A stretch of DNA of 64,000 bases from Eledone cirrhosa. Its lineage: Eukaryota. The notes beneath the pieces are model-generated. The model did no database searches, was not told where the DNA came from, and saw nothing but the letters and a program-made list of their open reading frames with translations. The position numbers and the translations under genes are program-made. Location of the stretch: positions 16,430,001 to 16,494,000 of the forward strand of contig OZ024750.1 in assembly GCA_964016885.1 (NCBI GenBank), in the 5' to 3' direction. Below are positions 54,955-64,000 of the stretch, one piece after another (position 1 is the first letter of the stretch; every line of letters begins with the position of its first letter).

Positions 54955-55370
54955 TCTCTTTGAGACTGGTCAGATCAGTGTTGTGTGACCTTGACCTCCA
55001 CAGAACTCCCTAGAAAGGTCAGATTGGCATAGCATATCCCAGAAATTCAAAGACCCTCTCCGGCTAGACAGATTGATGTGGTGTGACTAATACTCCCAGG
55101 CCCACACAAGCAGGTTAGACCATGACCTTCAAAGACTGTCTCTGGCTGGTCAAACCAATGAGATGTGATTGATCTTGTCATACCTTCCTCAGGTCAGATT
55201 GATGAGCTGTGACTTTGACTTTCACAAGACCTCCAGGACTTTCCAGACTGGTGACATTGTTGCAGTATGACCTTCACCTTTACAGGACCTCTCAGGCTGG
55301 TAAGATTAATGAGACATGACCCTGACCTGCACAAGATTGATGTTGTTTGACCTTGACATTCACAGGCTCT
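54955..55370. repeat. Old degenerate ~50-bp tandem repeat with TGACCTTGACC-like motifs
   Basis: Recurrent ctggtcagattgatg..tgtgaccttgacc..cacag-like unit, about 8 diverged copies. Confidence 0.6.
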
Positions 55371-55769
55371 CTAAAACAGTTTATATTTATCTAAAAACCC
55401 TCCATCATAATTTTATGTAAGATATTTTGTCAAGTTGTTTTCCAAATACCAAACTTAATGAGCAATTAAGTTATATTACTAAATCCCTCCAAATTCTTTG
55501 ATTAATTGAAATTCTTTGATTAATTGAAATTAATTGAAAATCATAGGTGGTGTCTTTCATTTGAAATACGATAATAGAGGGGTTAATACACATCATACTC
55601 TGTGATCCCTTATCAGGTGGAGGTAGTTTCATACGGGATGTCAGGTCTACATGACAATAATGCTAAATATTGGTAGAAACACCATATATTACAAGAAAAC
55701 CTTTAACACACATAAACACACCAGGAAAACACTCCTCATACCACAAAGTATAAACAAATAAAATAACCC

Positions 55770-57540
55770 TTTCTAATTTAGGCACAAGGCCAACAATTTT
55801 GATGAAGAGGGATCAGTCGATTAAAATCAAACCCAGTGCTTGATTGGTTACAGGGCGGCGGATTGGCAGTATCAGTAGAGCATCAGACACCATGCTTTGA
55901 AGCATAGAGTTACGGCCCTTTTACGGTGAGAGTTCAAAACCCGCTGAGGTTAACTTTGCTTTTCATCCTTACAGGGTCGATAAAATAAAGTACCAGTAAT
56001 GCATTGGGGTAATTGCTGGCCTTGTGCCAAAAGTAGAAACAATTATTTTATAAACATCAGAAGGATGAAAGGCTAAGTTGACCTCAGCAGAATTTGAACT
56101 CAGAATGTCAGGAGCCAGAGCAAATGACACAAAATATTCCATCAAGCTATCTAACAATTCTGCCAATCCACTACCTTCTAAATAAATAATTGTTTCTACT
56201 TTTGGCACAAGGCCAGCAATTACCCAGTGCATTACTGGTACTTTATTTTATCGACCCCCCGTAAGGATGAAAGGCAAAGTTAATCTCGGCGGGATTTGAA
56301 CTCAGAATGATAAGGGCCGTAACTCTATGCGTCAAACCAAGGCGTCCGACCCTCTACCGATACTGCCAATCCACTACCTTCTAAATAAATAATGGTTTCT
56401 GATTTAGGCTTAAAGTGTGGGGAAAGTCGCTTAAATTGACCCTAGTGTGTTACTGGTACTTTATTTCATCGACCCCGTAAGGATGAAAAGCAAAGTTAAC
56501 TTTGGCGGGATTTGAACTCAGAATGAAATGAGCCGTAACTACATGCCACAAAGTATGTTGTTCGGTGCTCTACCGATACTACTAATCTACTGTCTTCCAA
56601 ATAAATAATAATAATAATGTTTCTACTTTTGGCACAAGGCCAGCAATTATCCCAGCACATTACTGGTACTTTATTTTATTGACCCTATAAGGATGAAAGG
56701 CAAAGTTAACCTCGGCGGGATTTCTACATTTGGCACAAGGCCAGCAATTATCCCAGCGCATTACTGGTGATTTATTTTATCGACCCCGTAAGGATGAAAG
56801 GCAAAGTTAACCTGGCGAGATTTGAATTCAGAACGTAAAGGGTCGTAACTCCTATGCTGCAAAGTATGGTGTCTGATGCTCTACTGATACTGAAAAATAA
56901 ATAAATTAAATAAAAAAATAAATAGATAAAATAATTAACGGAATAAACCTCCTCATTATCATCATTTTCATGAGTTCTTCAACTTTCAAGATAAACAGAT
57001 CAACAACAAAGATAACAATTACAACATATTTTGGTAAAACAGGTATTTCTACAAATGTCTTGGAGTGAGAGTAATAGACACACACCCTTATAAATGTATA
57101 TCATTATCATCATTTTACTTGGATTGGCAGTATCGGTAGAGTCGGACACCATGCTTTGCAGCATAGAGTTACAGCCTTTTACAGTCTGAATTCAAATCCC
57201 ACTGAGGTTAACTTTGCCTTTCATCCTTACGGGGTCGATAAAATAAAGTACCAGTCACGCACTGGGTCGATTTAATCGACTTTCCCCTCCCCCAAAATTG
57301 CTGACCTTGTGCCTATATAAGAAACCATTATTATCTTTTTACTTGGATTGCCGTGGTGGAGTGGCATTATCAGTAGTGGCTCAGACGCTATGCTTTGCAG
57401 CATAGAGTTTCAGCCCTTCACGGTTCGAGTTCAAATTCCACCGAGGTTAACTTTGCTTTTCATCCTTACGGGGTCGATAAAATAAAGCACCAGTAATGCA
57501 CTTGGGTAATTGCTGGCCTTGTGCCAAAAAGTAGAAACAA
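55770..57540. mobile_element. Dense cluster of about 9 SINE family A copies in both orientations
   Basis: + copies near 55852, 57120, 57350; - copies near 55770, 56060, 56192, 56395, 56620, 56722. Confidence 0.88.
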
Positions 57541-57911
57541 TTATTGTCATTTTACATACTTGCATGGGTTGGATGGGTTGTCACGGCCTGATTAAATAGA
57601 GAGTCGAGATGATACACACACACACACGTATACAAATATCTATCTGTGCATAGATATACACACAGATATTCATGCATAAGAATACACACACAGACAGTCA
57701 AAAACACACACACAGACTAAAATAAACGAATAAACTAAGTATTTATAAAAGATTTGAGATAAAGCTGAATCTAAGCTGATATAAGTATATGTTGATTAAC
57801 ATTCCTTAATTATATTTCAATTAAATCTTAAATGGTAGAAAGGAGGGAGATAGAGGAAAGTGAGGGAGAATGAGGGAAAAATATAAAATAAAATAAACGA
57901 ATTAACAAATA

Positions 57912-58009
57912 TAGGGTGTTCCTAAAAATGTATACATACTTTGATTACCTGTACAAGCAATATTTATTAGAATGCTGTTGAAGTGTGTATACATTTTTGG
58001 GGCACCCTG
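57912..58009. mobile_element. Tc1/mariner-type MITE
   Basis: TA|tagggtgttcctaaaaatgtatacatactt ... aagtgtgtatacatttttggggcaccctg|TA. Confidence 0.75.
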
Positions 58010-58127
58010 TATATAGATAAAGTATTTTAAAAAGTCATTAGACTAAGATGAAGACTACATATTAAGAATATTATCTTAAAATATACGAAAGAGTTTAACA
58101 TTTTCATTACCATGAAAGACATTACCT

Positions 58128-58355
58128 TTAACCCTTTAGCTTTTAAACTGGCCATATCCAGCCAGAATTCTCTCACCTCTTTCTGTTCAAACTGGCCATA
58201 ACCAGCTGCTCATACTTATGTTAAGGTATTGTTCTCAAAATATATAATATAAAAATCTCAGAGATTTGATATTATGTGAGATAATTATGTGAGGTAAAGC
58301 CTTTACTATGAAAGTACAATAGTAAATACAGAGTAATGTAAATGCTAAAGAGTTA
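58128..58355. mobile_element. piggyBac-type MITE copy
   Basis: TTAA CCCTTTAGC...GCTAAAGAG TTAA. Confidence 0.85.
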
Positions 58356-59994
58356 ATGAAAGACACTGCTTACATGTTTTCAAAAAATTTTGAAAATAAT
58401 CTAGAATTTCGAGAGATTTATTAATATAATTTCCTCATTATTAAGATGGTGTTTGGGATATATAATTTTATAAAGGTTCCTACATAAAATTATTATGAAA
58501 TATTTCAGATAAATATTAAAAAAAAAAAATGTAATCCTTTTGTTACCATATATCTAATGGAAGATATTGCCTATGGTTTTCAAATTATCAAGATTTTAGT
58601 GGTTTAGTAATACAACTTTCTCAATATGTTTGAAACATAACAAAGGTTCTTACATAAAATTATGATGAAAGGATTTTTAGATAAATCCTTTAGCTGTGTC
58701 AAGGATGTGATAATGTCCCTAGTGTTGGTGATCTACATGATAAAATCACACTGTACACACTGTAAAGTGGTTGGTGTTAGGAAGGGCATCCAGTCAGAGA
58801 AAGCTTGCCAAACATAGAGTTGGGAGGACCCTTTAGTTATGTCAAGGATATGACAGCTTCCCTAGTGCTGGTAATCTACATAATAAAAGCACCCAGTACA
58901 CACTGTAAAGTGATTGGTGTTAGGAGGGGTAACCAGTTGTAGAAAGCTTGTCAAACAAGGGGTTAGAAGGATGGTTCAGTTTGTGTCAAAGACATGACAA
59001 CTTCTGTGCACTTGATAGAATGTATGTAAGCAAGATGCAGACCCCTCAGCCTGTCTAGGAGATTAGTAGCCCTGCTTCAGTACTGACTTGGTCTACATAG
59101 ACCCATCCAACCCTTCTAGCCGGGAAAGTGGACTTTAAATGATGATGATGTGCTATGGAGGACAACCAGTAATACCCACTGCATCAACCATTTCACTTTG
59201 TGGAGTACCTTCCTTATGTTAGATCCTTTCTTCCTGATTTGGCAGAGGAACATAGCAGCCTAGGGACCAAGGAGGATACCAGGACAAGGTCTCCATGGAT
59301 ACCAGAGACAAGGAACTATTAACTACAGTTCCTTGAGTTGGTTGTGGAGCCCAACTATTATTAATGAATTTGTTTGTGTCACACTCCTAACAACAACAAC
59401 ACACTCATCCCTCCCTACCCCCCCCCTCTCAATGCAGTGCTGCCTAGTACGTTTTACTCCCAAAATACAACATTGTAATAAGGAAGTGTTAATTGTTGTA
59501 ATTATCTGCAGGTTTATCTGTTATTTACCTCAAGTTATGAAAACACAGGTAAGCCTACTTGGCTCAATACTAAACAATCCTCAGGTGTAGTAGATTGTCT
59601 AATAGACAAGAGACAAGACACACACACCTAAATCAACAGATGAATTATGATAGATTACAATAACAAAGAACAAACTGGGAACCTAATACGGGAGTCACAT
59701 TTAGTTCTACGACATTTCATAGTATAGAAACTATAGAACTCAATTTCATAGTACAAGGCCTATTGGAGACATAAGGTGCCTAGATTGTGCTAAAGGTTAA
59801 GACCATTTATGATACTAAAGTAGGAGTTAGACTTGCATGTCCCAAAATAGAATTTATATTAATGATAGGTTTTCTTTTTGAAAGCAAGGTTTTATAGCCA
59901 AATACTGTTTCTGGCAACAAACCTTTTTAGTTACCTTTTTATGACATGCAGGGATACAGTGTACCTGTTTTAAACTGGATAAACAGAAAGTGCT

Positions 59995-60172
59995 AGGATT
60001 GGCAGTATCGGTAGAGAGTCGGACGCCATGCTTTCCAGCATAGTTACGTCCCTTTACGATCTGAGTTCAAATCCCGCCGAGGTTGACTTTGCCTTTCATC
60101 CTTACGGGGTCGATAAAATAAAGTACCAGTAATGCACTGGGTAATTGCTGGCCTTGTGCCTAAAGTAGAAAC
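59995..60172 (+). mobile_element. SINE family A copy
   Basis: Nearly the exact reverse complement of 41954-42134. Confidence 0.9.
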
Positions 60173-60520
60173 AGTTATTTTTATGACAGTTTTTCAATAC
60201 TGGCATGGCTTGGGTGAATCATTACAAATAGTCATTACTTTGCTTTCAAATAAATATAAACATTTTAAAATATGCGATTTAGTATCAACACACAAAAACA
60301 CAGTGGTGTAGGACAGAACAAAAGAGAGACATAAAATAAGAAATCAGTCACTGAGGGGGTCACAGAATGTGTGACAAAGGAGCTTTGACAATATATAAAC
60401 AACCATCTGGTTATTGAACCAACCAACCGGAAATTTACAATAAATTGAAGTGAAAACCAACAAGTGCATGTGTTTTTAATGACAGCATGATCCTCCCAAA
60501 GTATAACACTATATATAATA

Positions 60521-60634
60521 TATGCAGTAATAAACACAGTAAATAATGTGTCTAATATTACGAGGGTTGAACAAATGTGGTTCTTCAACCCTTGTAATAT
60601 TAGACACACGATTTACTGTGCTTATTACTGTGTA
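60521..60634. repeat. Imperfect ~50-bp-arm hairpin
   Basis: cagtaataaacacagtaaataatgtgtctaatattacgagggttgaa / ttcaacccttgtaatattagacacacgatttactgtgcttattactg, 12-nt loop. Confidence 0.85.
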
Positions 60635-61094
60635 GTGGCTGAGATGGTCGCTTGGCAACTAGCAGTTGCCTCCCCTTAACAACCCTTCAGAGAGCGGAGG
60701 CAAAAATACACCCGGACACAGCCGCAGGTTCACTCACTCTTTTTGGACCACGGACATGAACAGACGTGGAAAGATCCGCTCCTCAAAATATTGACGTTGT
60801 AGGAAATTTACTAAATTATCGCATTAAATAAAATGATTGTTAGATTTAATTGTTCATTTATTTATTCGACAAAGAGAAACATCCCTTTCCTTTAACTGCA
60901 TATATTATTATAATGCTCAGTATTTATACTTTGAGCTTGTTAATTACAGGGTTTCAGTATGAATTATTAACTCTACCTTTCATTTATATATATATATATA
61001 TCAACAGTCGATTGACTTTCGTCAAATCGGACCGATGGAACAATGTTTCCATTGGTCTTTCCAATTGCTAATACTCTCTATCGGTTGCAACTCC

Positions 61095-61222
61095 AGGTAG
61101 AAAGAGCAACATGAAATAAAGTGTCTTGCCCAAGGACATAATGCATCGCACGGTCCGGGAATCGAACTCACAACTTCACGATTGCGAATCTGATTCTCAA
61201 ACCACTCAGCCACACGCCTTCA
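61095..61222 (-). mobile_element. SINE family B head
   Basis: Reverse complement gives tggctgagtgg A-box, gagttcgattcc B-box, ccttgggcaagacac core. Confidence 0.8.
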
Positions 61223-61542
61223 CAACTAACTATATATATATATAAGAGGGTGTTAAAGTTTGCTTGAAGCATTGTGAAATGTGTAAAATACGTAGTTATT
61301 ATATATATATATATATATATATATGCATGTATGTATTTATGTATGTACATATATATATACCATCATCATCATTTTACGTCTGCTTTTCCCTGCTTGCAAG
61401 GGTGGGACGGGTCCTATTCAGCACAGCATCTCTCCACTTGTCACCATCCTTTGTCATCCCCTCCGTGAGCTTCAGCGATCTGAGGTCTGCTCTCAACACC
61501 TCCACCCATGTTTTTCGTGGTCTTCCTCTACTACGTCATCCT

Positions 61543-61667
<125 letters not shown>

Positions 61668-61669
61668 TA

Positions 61670-62190
61670 GGAGAGGCGGTTGCGTTGGTATGGACATGTG
61701 ATGCGTGTAAAGGATGACAGCTGCATAAAAAGGTGCAGAGCACTAGAAGTCGATGGAAACCGCGGAGTGGGGAGACCCAAGATGACCTGGGATGAGGTGA
61801 TAAAAGCCGACCTTACCCAATTACACTTCCAAAGGCGATGACACACGACCGTGACCTCTGGCATCACGCAGTAATACAGAGTACCCGACCTCCCATGGGT
61901 ACAAGCTGAAGCATATAGACAATAAGCCCCCACACACCCCAATGCAAGGTGGTCGTGGAGGTGCCACGACAAAAAAGCACCCAGCCCACACTGTAAAGTG
62001 GACGTGTAGGCACCACGGAAAAAAAGCACCCAGCACTCACTGTAAATGAGGTTGGTGTTAGGAAGGGCATCCAGCTGTAGAAATCAAGCCAAATCAGTTC
62101 CTGTATGAGCAAGGCATGGTCAGCCGACCAGACACTGCCCACAACAGGACAACCCGTCTAACCCATGCTAGTGTGGAAGAACGAACGTAA
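61670..62190 (+). mobile_element. RTE LINE 3' fragment with tail
   Basis: ERRLRWYGHVMRVKDDSCIKRCRALEVDGNRGVGRPKMTWDEVIKADLTQL. Confidence 0.85.
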
Positions 62191-62216
62191 AACGGTGATG
62201 GTGATGATGATGATGA

Positions 62217-62253
<37 letters not shown>

Positions 62254-62467
62254 CAAGGACTGCTTACAGAAGTGTAGATAGAGAAGTAGATGAGAATGAC
62301 AGGGTGTAAACCTATGGCAGGAAGGTGTAGAATTCTAATACAGACCAATCAGATTATCATGTTTAGGTGCCATTTCAGTAACTACGGTAACATCGGTAAC
62401 TTTAGAAACAAAATAGTACAGTGTGCTGTGTTACACACAGGGAAATACCTAGCTGGGATAATTACTA

Positions 62468-62640
62468 TGGTGATGGTGGTGATAGTGGTGATGGTGATGG
62501 TGATGGTGGTGATGATGGTGATGGTGATAGTGATGATGATGATGGTGGTGGTGGTGATGGTGATGGTGGTGATGGTGATGATGGTGTTGCTGAAGATGAT
62601 GATGGTGTTTATGATAATATTTATGATGATGATGATGATA
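62468..62640. repeat. (GAT/GGT)n microsatellite
   Basis: Directly visible. Confidence 0.9.
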
Positions 62641-64000
62641 CTCTAACAACAGTGGGTGGTATTAGAGAGGGATTGTCGTAGATTGATTCCAGTTTGAACC
62701 AGTTTACATCTTCCACCCGAGATCCTGGTTTAGTTTTCTTATACAGTACACAAGGTGTGTGCTAGATCTTATTTCAGCTTTCTCACTGTTATGACGCACC
62801 CTGACAAACTGCCCCCTGCTCACCAATCCCTGATATACCACCACCAACACCACCACACTCAATCACACTGACAGATCTCTTCCACCCCTCACTCACCCTG
62901 ATATAACCCCCCCCCCCAAAAAAAAACTTCATTTACCCACGCTCTTCCCTAAACCTTATCCACCCTAATATATCTCCTTCACCCAACTATCCCTCTCAAA
63001 CTTCATCCACCCCACTCTCCCACCCACTCTCTCCCTCAAAACCTGATGCATCTTAACATATCACCTCCATCCCACTCTCCCACATGACTGACCTCCTTCA
63101 CCCCAACAGTCCTTCACCATCACCCACTTTCTTTCTCTCAGCCCCCCCCCCCCCCTCCCAGCCAGTCAGTCAGTCTACTCCACCAAAAAGAAACAAGAAA
63201 ATAAAAAAAACTTGTACTCCATTAACTGTACTGTAGCAATACAATGCTTCATTAGTGATAACACTAACACAGTGTGATTCAGAATAAAGGTATACATGAA
63301 CTTATTTATATGTTTGTGTATAATAAATAAACATACATTTAGTCTCACTGTGAGTATTTTAAGTTGTGATCATCATGTCAGATCCACCTCAGTATCTGAT
63401 ATGAGAGCTGTATACATGTATTTCAGGGTTATTCTCCATCTTCAGCAGACACTTAGTCTGAGATACTGATTTTTGAAAGATTGAAGTATTTCAAAGTTTT
63501 AGAGATTTTTCTAAACAAACTATTTTTGTTGAAAATTCATTTATATATAGTGCAAGCTTGACAAGCTAATAATAACTGGCAATAGCACTAACACAGTGTG
63601 ATTCAATATAAAGGTGTATATGGACCTATATACGATATGGGTTTTTTTTTAACCCAGCAGAGCTCATCTCCTCTCTGGGCAACAGATTTCTTCCAGAGAA
63701 GGATAGAAAATGATGGAATGGAAGTCAGAAAGAGATATAGAGGAAACACTGACCCAAGTACTAGACTGGTACATTTTTGTATCGACCTCGAATGAATATA
63801 TATGAATGGATGAAAGGAAAAGTTGACTTCAGCGAGATTTGAACTCAGAGAGCAGAAAGCCAAAACAAAGCATTCTATCTGATATTCTAATGACTTGGCT
63901 AATTTGTTGCCTTCAATAGCAAATGTTAGTTTCGTTTAAAGATATCTCAATAGCAGACGACAATTTCGTATAGAAGTATCTCAATAGCAACGACAGTTTT

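Overview
Eukaryotic, AT-rich, microsatellite-dense genomic DNA. The SINE families and repeat landscape point to an octopus, or at least a coleoid cephalopod (inference). Two protein-coding genes can be read with phase-consistent GT-AG junctions. (1) A two-exon AP-4 complex beta subunit (AP4B1-like, + strand, 28271-32284, 538 aa) that ends at the end of the trunk with no visible hinge/ear. (2) The last five exons of a rapsyn-like TPR/RING-H2 gene (- strand, 43878-37987); its first three exons were not found and probably lie beyond the window end. A weakly supported chain of minus-strand exon-like islands lies at 6.4-11.5 kb. The rest is repeats: a ~12.2-kb compound satellite (27-nt core + (CAT)n), two unrelated 86-bp x6 minisatellites, a pure 510-bp (TG)n, many tRNA-derived SINEs of two families, TTAA/piggyBac-type and Tc1/mariner-type MITEs, a Helitron, and LINE fragments (CR1, CRE, R4/Dong, RTE). 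The most notable signals are ribozyme-related: an apparently complete minimal type I hammerhead, in the rapsyn sense within its presumed large intron; several foldback palindromes built from hammerhead half-motifs; and a degenerate HDV-like fold. Almost all long ORFs in the supplied track are microsatellite artefacts. All family calls are by eye from remembered consensus sequences; no searches were run.
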